DNA of 38,000 nucleotides from Actinomycetota bacterium (GCA_046725305.1 JBKOYF010000061.1:1-38000), one strand, 5' to 3'. Shown: positions 8,988 to 17,470, counted from the first letter of the stretch. The notes: a model not told the origin generated them from the letters alone. Numbers and translations are program-made.

Positions 8988-9833
8988 CTAGCTTTCGCCG
9001 GCGGAGAGCAGGTCCGCAGCCGCCGCTAGCCACGAGCGCGCCCGGTTCACGTTCGGTCCATCCGGTGCGAGAGCGACGGTCTCCGACTGCAGTTCTGTCA
9101 TGACCAGCAATGCGCGCCGTGCGTCCGACTCTGAGAGAGCCTCCTCGATTCGCTCCGCGAGTCGAGGAGGCTTCACTGCGAGTAACGCCACGCGTTGCGC
9201 AAGACGCTTGTGCGTCGGCTGCCACACCCGGTTGAGCGCGTAAACGATGGCGAGGACACGCGAGGCGTCATCGAGCATCCGCTCCATGCGCGCGAGCCGC
9301 TCACCGGGGCGGGCGAGAGTCAACAACCCCGCAGGCGTAAAGCCGCCCCACGTCAGAGCCGCGTCCTCGATCAGTGGCCCCACGAGCTCCTCCGGATAGT
9401 CGCTGAGTCGGGCTTGCCATCGCGCCAGCGATCCCGACGTCCGCAGCGCAACGCCGTGAGCGATCGCGTCGGCTGCCGATGACACGTCGCTGCGGCTGAA
9501 GAACGAATCGATCGAGGACTCTGCGTATTCCCGCGACCACCAAATGAGTTCGAGGGGGACACCCTCGAGGAAGCCGGAGACACGCCGTGTCGGCGTCGAT
9601 CGATCGCCCCAGGTGTCGAGCTCTTGCAGCCCGGCAGCCCGAGCGTGCTCGAAGCAGGCCGCCAGCTCCAGAAGCTGCGGGGTGACGATGAGCATCTCGA
9701 TGTCCGAGACCTCATCAGCGACGCCGCGCGACACGCTGCCGGTCAACACCACCTCCTCCGCCACCTCGAGGGGGAGCGCATCAGCGACGCGTTGGGCGAG
9801 GTCCTGCAGCTGCTGGCTCCGCTCGTTCGGCAT
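8988..9833 (-). CDS. Pol-beta-superfamily nucleotidyltransferase domain protein with a helical C-terminal (DUF4037-like) domain
   Basis: 281 aa. hG[GS]-x(n)-DhEh motif: VVLTGSVSRGVADEVSDIEMLIV. It lies 15 nt upstream of YcaQ paralogue 1 on the same strand. Confidence 0.8.
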   Translation of the reverse strand: MPNERSQQLQDLAQRVADALPLEVAEEVVLTGSVSRGVADEVSDIEMLIVTPQLLELAACFEHARAAGLQELDTWGDRSTPTRRVSGFLEGVPLELIWWSREYAESSIDSFFSRSDVSSAADAIAHGVALRTSGSLARWQARLSDYPEELVGPLIEDAALTWGGFTPAGLLTLARPGERLARMERMLDDASRVLAIVYALNRVWQPTHKRLAQRVALLAVKPPRLAERIEEALSESDARRALLVMTELQSETVALAPDGPNVNRARSWLAAAADLLSAGES

Positions 9834-9842
9834 CCGGAATGG

Positions 9843-9848
9843 ACTCTA
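9843..9848 (-). promoter_or_regulatory. -10 hexamer of the nucleotidyltransferase-YcaQ1 unit
   Basis: TAGAGT on the minus strand, 9 nt upstream of the ATG at 9833. Confidence 0.4.
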
Positions 9849-9855
9849 CGAACGT

Positions 9856-9870
9856 CGAACGCCCTGTTCG
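9856..9870. promoter_or_regulatory. 15-bp perfect palindrome, candidate operator (SOS-box-like arms with an N5 spacer)
   Basis: CGAACgccctGTTCG in the 93-nt divergent region between the nucleotidyltransferase and YcaQ paralogue 2. It overlaps the -35 region predicted for the minus-strand unit. Confidence 0.45.
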
Positions 9871-9913
9871 CCGCAATCGGGGATCCAGGCTTCGGCTTCA
9901 AATCCCGGATCGC

Positions 9914-9919
9914 TAGCCT
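9914..9919 (+). promoter_or_regulatory. -10 hexamer, leaderless YcaQ paralogue 2
   Basis: TAGCCT, 7 nt upstream of the GTG at 9927. Confidence 0.45.
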
Positions 9920-9926
9920 CCGCTCG

Positions 9927-11009
9927 GTGCATCGGCTCACGAAGGCGCAGGCTCGGAGGATCGCGGTGCGCGCGCAACTGCTGGACGCACCGCGGCCGAC
10001 CGAGCTCATCGCAGTCGTGCAGCAGTTGACCCTGCTGCAGATCGACCCGACCGCAGCCGTCGCGCCGAGCGCGGACCTCGTCGCCTGGAGCCGGCTTGGC
10101 TCGACGTACCAGCCCGACCACCTCAAGCAGGCCCTGGAGGAGGACCGGACGCTGTTCGAGCTCGACGCGCTGGTGCGGCCGATGAGCGACCTCGGCCTCT
10201 ACCTTGCCGGCGCGGCCGGCCGGCCCAGCTACGAGAGCTCGCGTGCCTGGCTCCGCGACAACGACCCCTTCCGACGGAACATCCTCGACCTGCTCGCCAG
10301 CTCAGGCCCCCTGAGTTCGCGTGACATCCCGGACACGTGCGTCGTTCCGTGGAGGTCGAGCGGGTGGACGAACAACCGGAACGTCACCCAAATGCTGGAG
10401 TTCCTGATGATCCGCGGCGAGGTCGCCATCGCGGGGCGCGTCGGACGCGAGCGGCTGTGGGACATCGCCGAGCGCATCTACCCGGCCGACGTCGCCGTCC
10501 CGTCGGTCGACGAGGCCACCCTGAGAAGGAACGAGCGGCGGCTCGCATCGCTCGGGATCGCCCGGCAGACTGCCAGGGCGATGCCGATGGAACCGGTTCA
10601 CGTCGGCGAGGCCGGCGAGCCGGCCGTCGTCGAGGGCGTGAAGGGCGAGTGGCGCGTGGACCCGACGTACCTCGTCGACGACTTCGAGGGTCGAACGGCG
10701 CTGCTGTCGCCGTTCGACCGGCTCGTCCACGACCGCGTCCGCACTCAGGAGCTCTTCGACTTCGAGTACACGCTCGAGATGTACAAGCCGGCCGCCAAGC
10801 GCCGCTGGGGCTACTTCGCCCTCCCGATCCTGCACGAGGACCGGCTCGTCGGGAAAGTCGACGCTACCGCCGACCGCAAGGCTTCAGTGCTGCGCGTCAA
10901 CGCGACCCACGAGGACGTCCGCTTCGACCGCGTCATGACCAAGGCGGTGCAGGCCGAGCTGGAGGACCTCGCCGCGTGGCTCGGACTCGGTGCGGTTCAG
11001 CCTGCGTAG
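9927..11009 (+). CDS. winged-helix DNA glycosylase, YcaQ/AlkZ (HTH_42) family, paralogue 2
   Basis: ORF 9624..11009 trimmed: the track start would overlap the nucleotidyltransferase gene by 210 nt. The first in-frame start after that gene is the GTG at 9927 (MHRLTKAQARRIAVRAQLL, a typical family N-terminus), with TAGCCT 7 nt upstream. 'LQIDP' motif at 10038-10046. C-terminal FDFEYTLEMYKPAAKRRWGYFALPILHEDRLVGKVD. Confidence 0.85.
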   Translation: MHRLTKAQARRIAVRAQLLDAPRPTELIAVVQQLTLLQIDPTAAVAPSADLVAWSRLGSTYQPDHLKQALEEDRTLFELDALVRPMSDLGLYLAGAAGRPSYESSRAWLRDNDPFRRNILDLLASSGPLSSRDIPDTCVVPWRSSGWTNNRNVTQMLEFLMIRGEVAIAGRVGRERLWDIAERIYPADVAVPSVDEATLRRNERRLASLGIARQTARAMPMEPVHVGEAGEPAVVEGVKGEWRVDPTYLVDDFEGRTALLSPFDRLVHDRVRTQELFDFEYTLEMYKPAAKRRWGYFALPILHEDRLVGKVDATADRKASVLRVNATHEDVRFDRVMTKAVQAELEDLAAWLGLGAVQPA

Positions 11010-11046
11010 CTGATTGTCACCGGAGCCAGTCGGGTATCCACGAGCA

Positions 11047-11454
11047 ATGCAGAACCCGCCACCAGGCTACTCACGCGTGTGTCCGTACCTCCTGTACGAA
11101 GACGCCGCGCGTGCCATCGACTATCTCACCGAGACGTTCGGGTTCCACGAGCGCGTGAGGAAGACCGGCGGAGAGGGCCGGATACACGCGGAGCTCCTCC
11201 TCGGCGACGACGGTCTCGTGATGCTGGGCCAGGCAAGCGAGCGATTCGAATCCCCGAAACGGCTCGGCAAGTACCCGCCAGCTCTCGTCCACGTGTACGT
11301 CGACGACGTGGAGACCCTGCACCGTCGGACCACGAACGCTGATGCTGACGTGACCGATCTGGAGATCTCGCCGGCGGGCGACCGCCGCTTCACGGCGACC
11401 GACCCCGAAGGGCAGGTCTGGGTCTTCGCGCAGCGCGTCGAGCAGTCCCAGTAG
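11047..11454 (+). CDS. VOC (glyoxalase / bleomycin-resistance fold) family protein
   Basis: ATG at 11047; the track uses a TTG at 11014. The sequence YLLYEDAARAIDYLTETFGF...HAELLLGDDGLVMLG...RRFTATDPEGQVWVF is typical of PhnB/VOC proteins. Confidence 0.8.
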   Translation: MQNPPPGYSRVCPYLLYEDAARAIDYLTETFGFHERVRKTGGEGRIHAELLLGDDGLVMLGQASERFESPKRLGKYPPALVHVYVDDVETLHRRTTNADADVTDLEISPAGDRRFTATDPEGQVWVFAQRVEQSQ

Positions 11455-11465
11455 CTCGAGCCGGC

Positions 11466-11471
11466 TAAGGT
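11466..11471 (+). promoter_or_regulatory. -10 hexamer, leaderless ltrA
   Basis: TAAGGT, 6 nt upstream of the GTG at 11478. Confidence 0.45.
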
Positions 11472-11477
11472 CGCCAC

Positions 11478-12641
11478 GTGTCGGACTCCGAGCGCGAGCA
11501 CGAGCGCGACACCGAGCACCAGGTCACCCCGCTCGAGCTCTTCTTCGACCTGACCTTCGTGTTCGCGATCACGCAGGTGACGACCTTCCTCGCGAGCGAC
11601 CCGACCTGGCGTGGGGTCTTCCGCGGGATGCTCGTGCTCGCGGCGCTCTGGTGGGCGTGGAGCGTGTACGCATGGTTGACGAGCGCGGTGGACGTCGACG
11701 AGGGCGGAGTTCGGCTCGTGATGCTCGCCGGGATGGGCGGGATGTTCGGCGTCGGCTTGGCGGTGCCCGGCGCCTTCGGAGACGACGCCGTGCTGTTCGG
11801 TGTCGCGTACTTCCTCGTCCGCCTTCTTCATCTCGTCCTCTCCGCCATCGTCGCTCGCGACGATCCCGAACGCCGGGACGCGCTCGTCCGGTTCGCGCCC
11901 ACGGCGATCATCGGCCCGTCGCTGCTCGTGGTTGCCGGCTTCCTCGACGGGCGAGTGCGCATCGCGGTCTGGCTCGTGGCGCTCGCGATCGACTACCTCG
12001 GCCCGGTCGTGATCGGCGTGGGGCGCGGCTGGCGCGTCGCGCCGGAGCACTTCGCCGAGCGGCACGGGCTGATCGTCCTGATCGCGCTCGGCGAGTCGAT
12101 CATTGCCATCGGAGTCGGCGCCGGCTTCGAGCTGGATACCGGGGTGATCGTCGGAGCGGCGCTCGGAATCGTCGTCGTGTCGGCGCTCTGGTGGCTCTAC
12201 TTCGACGTCGCAGCGATCTTCGCACGGAGGCGGCTCGCGCAGCTACAGGGCCTGGACCTGCACCGGCTCGCGCTGCACGCCTACAGCTATCTCCACCTGC
12301 CGATGGTGGCCGGCACCGTCCTCTTCGCCCTCGGCCTCAAGACGACCCTCGGCGGCGTCGGCGAGGAGCTCGACACGGTGCCCGCGTTCGCGCTGTGCGG
12401 CGGCGCCGCGCTGTACCTGCTCGGGCACGTCGCGTTCCTCTTCCGGGCGACTGGTCGCATCTTCCGGCGACGCACGATCGGGGCGCTCGTGTTGGTTGCG
12501 CTGGTCCCGGTCGCGCTTGCGATCCCGGCGCTCGCCGCGCTCGCCCTCGTCAGCGCAGTGTGCTCGCTCGTGGTCGCGTACGAGGTGATCCGGTATGGCG
12601 AGCACCGGGTCCGAGTCAGGCACCCCGAGGTGGCGGCCTGA
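11478..12641 (+). CDS. ltrA: low temperature requirement protein A (LtrA) family membrane protein
   Basis: 387 aa. N-terminal VTPLELFFDLTFVFAITQVT signature followed by multiple TM spans. Confidence 0.85.
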   Translation: MSDSEREHERDTEHQVTPLELFFDLTFVFAITQVTTFLASDPTWRGVFRGMLVLAALWWAWSVYAWLTSAVDVDEGGVRLVMLAGMGGMFGVGLAVPGAFGDDAVLFGVAYFLVRLLHLVLSAIVARDDPERRDALVRFAPTAIIGPSLLVVAGFLDGRVRIAVWLVALAIDYLGPVVIGVGRGWRVAPEHFAERHGLIVLIALGESIIAIGVGAGFELDTGVIVGAALGIVVVSALWWLYFDVAAIFARRRLAQLQGLDLHRLALHAYSYLHLPMVAGTVLFALGLKTTLGGVGEELDTVPAFALCGGAALYLLGHVAFLFRATGRIFRRRTIGALVLVALVPVALAIPALAALALVSAVCSLVVAYEVIRYGEHRVRVRHPEVAA

Positions 12642-12661
12642 CGGAAGGCGGCTGCAGGAGG

Positions 12662-13072
12662 TCAGTCGGTGGGCGGCGCCGCCCCGTACTCCTCGTCGGT
12701 GACGTGGTCGCCCCACGTCGCCGGATTGCCGTTCTCGTCGACCTCGAGCATCGCCAGGTGGGTCATGAACCGCGTCGGCGCCGCCCCGTGCCAGTGATCC
12801 TCGCCAGGCTCGAAGAAGACGCGGTCACCGGCGCGAATCACCTCGACCGGACCGCCGCGCCGCTGGGCGAGACCCACACCCTCGGTGACGTAGATCGTCT
12901 GGCCGTGCGGGTGCGTGTGCCAGGCAGTCCGCGCACCCGGCGTGAAGTGGACGCTGCTCGCGCTCAGGCGGGAGGCGTCCGAAGGCGTCGCGACTGCATC
13001 GATGTAGACGGCGCCCGTGAACCAGTCGCTCGGCCCGGGTGCGGTGTCGATGGAGCTCCTGGTGACCTGCAT
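12662..13072 (-). CDS. cupin domain protein
   Basis: 136 aa, GAGGGAGGG SD. Motifs SVHFTPGARTAWHTHPHGQTIYVTEG and GDRVFFEPGEDHWHGA. Confidence 0.85.
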   Translation of the reverse strand: MQVTRSSIDTAPGPSDWFTGAVYIDAVATPSDASRLSASSVHFTPGARTAWHTHPHGQTIYVTEGVGLAQRRGGPVEVIRAGDRVFFEPGEDHWHGAAPTRFMTHLAMLEVDENGNPATWGDHVTDEEYGAAPPTD

Positions 13073-13188
13073 CTCGCCCTCCCTCGTTGCCTGTCTTCTC
13101 GAGAGCTACTTTGGCAGGATCGCCGGCAGTCCCAGACGCGCGGCGCCGGCGCAGCGAGCCGAAGCCGGCATCGTGAAAGGAGCAGTCC

Positions 13189-13503
13189 ATGGAGAAGAGG
13201 CTCGTGACACGCTACGCAATGCAGTCGGCCGAGGCGGCGAATGAGAACCAGCGGCGAATCGAAGGCGTCTTTGCCGAGCTGGAGGCTGCGGAGCCTGACA
13301 GCGTGAGCTACATCGTCCTACGGCTCGCGGATGACTCGTTTGTGCACTTGTCGTTCCACAATCACGGCGATGAAGAGGTGAACCCGATCGCGTCGACGGC
13401 CGCGTTCGCGCACTTTCAGGACGACCACGCGAGCCGCCGCGACGGAGGCGTCGATCAGCAGACCGCAGAGCTTGTCGGTGCGTACATCACGACCATCGAG
13501 TGA
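13189..13503 (+). CDS. hypothetical small protein (possibly a dimeric alpha+beta barrel / ABM-like fold)
   Basis: 104 aa, AAGGAG SD 6 nt upstream of the ATG. Balanced composition. No motif I can name with confidence. Confidence 0.6.
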   Translation: MEKRLVTRYAMQSAEAANENQRRIEGVFAELEAAEPDSVSYIVLRLADDSFVHLSFHNHGDEEVNPIASTAAFAHFQDDHASRRDGGVDQQTAELVGAYITTIE

Positions 13504-13548
13504 GCCCCATCCGCCCGAAGGTCCAGCTCTCGGCGACGGCGGCGCGAT

Positions 13549-14457
13549 TCAGTGCAGGAGCGGCTTCAGGGCGTCGCGCGCGACGAGAAAGCCGCGCTTG
13601 ACGAGCTCCTCGGTTCCCTCGAAGGCCCGGTCTTCGTGCTCGACCGAGACGACGAAGTCGTAGCCCTCGCGGTAGAGGGCCGCGATGAACCTGTCCCAAC
13701 GCACCTCCCCCAGGCCCGGCAGCCGCGGCACCTGCCAGCCCATCCCCAGCGACGCGGTTCCATTACGGTAGAGGCCGTCGCGGTCGATCTCCATGTCCTT
13801 CGCGTGGACGTGGAAGATCTTCGAGGCGTAGTCGCGCACGGCGCGCTCGTAATCGATCATCAGCCACACGAGGTGGGACGGGTCGAGGTTCAGCCCGAAG
13901 CTCGGACTGTCGACGATCCCGAACATCTCGTCCCACACCGCGGGCGACGAGGCGAGGTTCGTACCCCCTGGCCACTCGTCCCAGCTGAAGATCATCGGGC
14001 AGTTCTCGATTGCGATCTTCACGCCGCGCGAGTCGGCGTAGTCGACCAGGCGCGGCCAGACTTTCCGGAACTCGCGGAAGTTGTCGGGCACGTTCTTCGT
14101 CTGGTCGCGCCCGACGAACGTGCCGACGATCCCGACGTCGAGCTTGGCCGCTGCGTCGATCACCTTCCTGAGATGCGTGTTGGCGGCGCGTCGCTCGGCC
14201 GGGTCGGGATGGAGGTTGTTCGGGTAGAACGCGAGGGACGAGATCTCGAGCCCGTTTCGGTCGAGGACGTCGCGTACCGCGCCGACGTCGACGCGTGAGA
14301 CGTCGATGTGCGAAGTGCCCGCGTAGCGTCGGCGCTCACCTCCTGCCGCGGGCCAGCAGGCGACTTCGAGCATCTCGAAGCCCTCGCCCGACGCCCACCC
14401 GGCTACCTGCTTCAGCGAGCGACGTGGAAAGGGAGCGGTGAGAAGCCCGAGCTTCAT
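13549..14457 (-). CDS. sugar phosphate isomerase/epimerase (xylose-isomerase-like TIM barrel)
   Basis: 302 aa. MKLGLLTAPF..., VKIAIENCP, HVHAKD and VVSVEHED are typical AP_endonuc_2/TIM-barrel motifs. Starts 4 nt after the FAH stop. Confidence 0.85.
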   Translation of the reverse strand: MKLGLLTAPFPRRSLKQVAGWASGEGFEMLEVACWPAAGGERRRYAGTSHIDVSRVDVGAVRDVLDRNGLEISSLAFYPNNLHPDPAERRAANTHLRKVIDAAAKLDVGIVGTFVGRDQTKNVPDNFREFRKVWPRLVDYADSRGVKIAIENCPMIFSWDEWPGGTNLASSPAVWDEMFGIVDSPSFGLNLDPSHLVWLMIDYERAVRDYASKIFHVHAKDMEIDRDGLYRNGTASLGMGWQVPRLPGLGEVRWDRFIAALYREGYDFVVSVEHEDRAFEGTEELVKRGFLVARDALKPLLH

Positions 14458-14461
14458 GCAC

Positions 14462-15109
14462 TCACCCCGCGACGACCGGGTTCGTGAGCGACGTGAGGCC
14501 CTCGATCTCGATCGTCACCTCGTCGCCAGGCCGCAGCAGCCGCTGCGGATCGCGGAAGACGCCGACGCCTGCCGGAGTTCCGGTCAGGATGAGATCGCCC
14601 GGCTCGAGCGTGGTCGTCTGCGACGCATACGCGATCACGTCGTCGACGCCGAAGATGAGGTTCGCCGTCGTCGAGTCCTGCAGCACCTCGCCGCTCACGA
14701 TCGCGCGAATCGGCAGCGCGTGCGGGTCCGGCACCTCGTCCCGCGGCGTCATCGGCCCGACGGGGCAGAACGTGTCGGGCGATTTCCCGCGCGTCCACTG
14801 TCCGTCGCCGAACTGGAGGTCGCGTGCGCTGACGTCGTTCGCGCACAGGTACCCGCGTACGGCCTCGAACGCGTTCTCCTTGGAGACGCCCTTGACACGG
14901 CGGCCGATGACGACGCCGAGCTCGGCCTCGTAGTCGCACTTCGTCACGATCGGCGGGATGACGATCGGCTCGCCCGGGCCGATCAGCGTGGTCGTCCACT
15001 TCGCGAACAGGAGCGGCGCCTGCGGCAGGTCTGCGCCTTGCTCCTCGGCGTGGTCGCGGTAGTTCAGGCCAACGCAGACGATCTTCCCCGGACGCTCGAT
15101 GGGCAGCAC
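14462..15109 (-). CDS. fumarylacetoacetate hydrolase (FAH) family protein
   Basis: 215 aa, GTG start. KIVCVGLNYRDHAEE, DYEAELGVVIG, GDLILTGTPAGVG. Confidence 0.9.
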   Translation of the reverse strand: MLPIERPGKIVCVGLNYRDHAEEQGADLPQAPLLFAKWTTTLIGPGEPIVIPPIVTKCDYEAELGVVIGRRVKGVSKENAFEAVRGYLCANDVSARDLQFGDGQWTRGKSPDTFCPVGPMTPRDEVPDPHALPIRAIVSGEVLQDSTTANLIFGVDDVIAYASQTTTLEPGDLILTGTPAGVGVFRDPQRLLRPGDEVTIEIEGLTSLTNPVVAG

Positions 15110-15120
15110 GGGAGCAACCC

Positions 15121-15126
15121 TATAGT
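15121..15126 (+). promoter_or_regulatory. -10 hexamer, leaderless glcD
   Basis: TATAGT, 6 nt upstream of the GTG at 15133. The whole divergent intergenic region is only 23 nt. Confidence 0.55.
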
Positions 15127-15132
15127 GGCTCC

Positions 15133-16587
15133 GTGAGCCTGTCCGAGGCGTTCGTCGACGAGCTGCAGGCCGCGCTCGGCGCTACTCACGTCGTCACCGA
15201 GCCGGAGCAGCTGCGCGTCTACGAGTGCGACGGTCTCACGGGCCATCGGGCAATCCCGGAGCTCGTCGTCCTGCCCGCGTGCACCGAAGACGTCCAGGCG
15301 GTGCTCCGGGCGTGCCACCGCGAGCGGGTGCCGTTCGTCGCGCGCGGTGCCGGTACCGGGCTCTCGGGCGGGGCGACACCCGTCGCGGGAGGAGTCGTCG
15401 TGTCGCTCGCCCGGATGAACCGCATCCTCGAGATCGACCTCGCGAGCCAACGCGTCGTCGTGGAGCCGGGCGTGCCGAACCTCGAGGTCACGCGCGCGGT
15501 CTCCGCCGAGGGCTTCTTCTACGCGCCCGACCCGTCGAGCCAGCAGGTCTGCACGATCGGCGGCAACGTCGCCGAGAACTCGGGAGGCGCGCACTGCCTG
15601 AAGCACGGCTTCACGACCCACCACGTCACCGGCCTGACCTTCGTCCTGCCCGACGGCGACGTCGTCGAGCTCGGCGGGAAGGCGCTCGACCCCGACGGGC
15701 CGGACCTGCTCGGCGTGATCGTCGGCTCCGAGGGGACGCTCGGGATCGCCACGCGGATCACCCTCCGCGTCGTCCGCTCTCCGCAGGCCGTCCGGACGCT
15801 CCTCGCGGGCTTCCACACGATGGATGCCGCAGGGGCGGCGGTCTCGGCGATCGTGGCCGCAGGCGTCATGCCGTCGGCGATCGAGATGATGGACCGACTC
15901 ACGATCGAGGCCGCGGAACGCGCGGTCGCACCGGGGTACCCGGCGGGGGCAGGGGCAGTCCTCCTCGTCGAGCTCGACGGGGTCGTCGAGCAGGTCGAGG
16001 ACGACGCGGCGGAGGTCGAGCGCATCTGCGACGAGTGCGGTGCGTTCGAGATCCGGGCCGCGACGAACGACACTGATCGCGCGCTCCTGTGGAAGGGCCG
16101 GAAGTCCGCGTTCGCGGCGATGGGCCGCATCGCGACCGACTACTACGTCCAGGACGGCGTCGTACCCCGTACGCGGCTCCCGGAGGTGTTGCGGCGGATC
16201 GAGACCCTGGCCGACGACCACCGACTCCGCGTCGGGAACGTCTTCCACGCGGGTGACGGCAACCTGCACCCGCTCGTGCTCTACGACGCCGAGGCCGGCG
16301 AGACCGAGCGCGCCCGCGATCTTGCGGAGGCGATCCTCGACGCCTGTCTCGACGCAGGGGGCTCGCTCACGGGCGAGCACGGCGTCGGCATGGACAAGGC
16401 CTGCTCGATGCCGCGGATGTTCTCCGAGCGCGACCTGCAGGTGTTCGAGCGACTGCGCCGCGCATTCGATCCCGCGGGCATCTGCAACCCGGGCAAGGTG
16501 ATCCCGACGCCGCGGCTCTGCGGCGAGGTTCCCGGGCCGTACCGCGTCCACCCGCTCGAGAGGATCGGCGTTGCCGAGCGTCTCTAG
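15133..16587 (+). CDS. glcD: glycolate oxidase subunit GlcD (FAD-linked oxidase)
   Basis: 484 aa. VARGAGTGLSGGA FAD-binding motif and the C-terminal GEHGVG...FDP..I.NPGK signature. Confidence 0.9.
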   Translation: MSLSEAFVDELQAALGATHVVTEPEQLRVYECDGLTGHRAIPELVVLPACTEDVQAVLRACHRERVPFVARGAGTGLSGGATPVAGGVVVSLARMNRILEIDLASQRVVVEPGVPNLEVTRAVSAEGFFYAPDPSSQQVCTIGGNVAENSGGAHCLKHGFTTHHVTGLTFVLPDGDVVELGGKALDPDGPDLLGVIVGSEGTLGIATRITLRVVRSPQAVRTLLAGFHTMDAAGAAVSAIVAAGVMPSAIEMMDRLTIEAAERAVAPGYPAGAGAVLLVELDGVVEQVEDDAAEVERICDECGAFEIRAATNDTDRALLWKGRKSAFAAMGRIATDYYVQDGVVPRTRLPEVLRRIETLADDHRLRVGNVFHAGDGNLHPLVLYDAEAGETERARDLAEAILDACLDAGGSLTGEHGVGMDKACSMPRMFSERDLQVFERLRRAFDPAGICNPGKVIPTPRLCGEVPGPYRVHPLERIGVAERL

Positions 16588-17470
16588 CATCGAGGAGGCA
16601 TCCGCGCTCCTCGCCTCGGCGCACGAGCAGGGCGGCCGCGTGAGGATCGGTGAGGACCTCGACTCGGGGGGTCTGCAGCGCGTGCTCGAGCACGATCCGG
16701 GAGACCTCACCTGCACGGTCGAAGCGGGCCTCCGGCTTTCTGAGCTCCGAGAGGCGCTCGCAGCGAGCGGCCAACGCCTCTCCCTCGATCCACCCGGCGA
16801 CCCGACGATCGGCGCGCTCGTCGCACGGAATGCCTCCGGCCCCCTTCGCCACCGATTTGGCGCGCCGCGCGACCTCGTCCTCGGGGCCACACTCGTCCTC
16901 GCGGACGGGACGATCGCCAGCGCGGGAGGAAAGGTCGTGAAGAACGTCGCCGGCTACGACCTCGCCCGCCTCGTCTGCGGATCGGAGGGACGGCTCGCGT
17001 TCGTCGCGCGCGTGAGCTTCCGGCTCCACCCGCTGCCGACGGCCGCTCGGACGCTCGAGGTGGCGACGGACGAGACCGCGGCGGTGGCCACGAGACTGCT
17101 CGCGTCGCAGCTCCAGCCGAGCGCACTCGACGTCCTCCACCCCGGGCGCGTTGTCGTCCTGTTCGAGGGCTCGGAGCGCGCCGTGGAGGCGCAGCTCGCC
17201 GCGGCACGGTCTCTCGTCGGCGGAGACGAGGCCGACGAGGGCGTGTGGGACGAGTCGCGGAGACGACAAGCCGCCGCGCAGGGACGCCTCCACCTCGTCC
17301 CGGGAGAGCTCGCAGAGACGCTCGCATCGCTCACGGAGGCCGTCGTCAGGCCCGCGTCGGGCGTTGCGTACACGCGGGACGTCCCTGGCGACGCTGTGTT
17401 GCAAGGCCATGAGCGCCTCGTTGCGGCGATCCGGGCGCAGTTCGATCCGCGCGGAGTCCTCGCCGCGTGA
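16571..17470 (+). CDS. glcE: glycolate oxidase FAD-binding subunit GlcE
   Basis: 299 aa. GKVVKNVAGYDLARL signature. Lies between glcD and glcF, with a TTG start overlapping glcD by 17 nt (start uncertain). Confidence 0.8.
   Translation: MPSVSSIEEASALLASAHEQGGRVRIGEDLDSGGLQRVLEHDPGDLTCTVEAGLRLSELREALAASGQRLSLDPPGDPTIGALVARNASGPLRHRFGAPRDLVLGATLVLADGTIASAGGKVVKNVAGYDLARLVCGSEGRLAFVARVSFRLHPLPTAARTLEVATDETAAVATRLLASQLQPSALDVLHPGRVVVLFEGSERAVEAQLAAARSLVGGDEADEGVWDESRRRQAAAQGRLHLVPGELAETLASLTEAVVRPASGVAYTRDVPGDAVLQGHERLVAAIRAQFDPRGVLAA

Noticed and set aside
9849-9860. CGAACGTCGAAC as a possible canonical N4 SOS box
   Set aside because: The right arm is GAAC, not GTTC, so this is a direct repeat rather than an inverted one. 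Only the adjacent N5 palindrome is symmetric.
9624-9926. Track start of the YcaQ2 ORF at 9624
   Set aside because: It would overlap the convergently read nucleotidyltransferase gene by 210 nt. The family N-terminus and a -10 hexamer fit the GTG at 9927.
11245-11253. TTCGAATCC, resembling a tRNA T-loop
   Set aside because: It lies inside the VOC coding frame. I could not build an acceptor or T-stem complement around it.
15064-16890. 608-aa minus-strand ORF
   Set aside because: Antisense to glcD and glcE. R/A/P-rich, with no motif.
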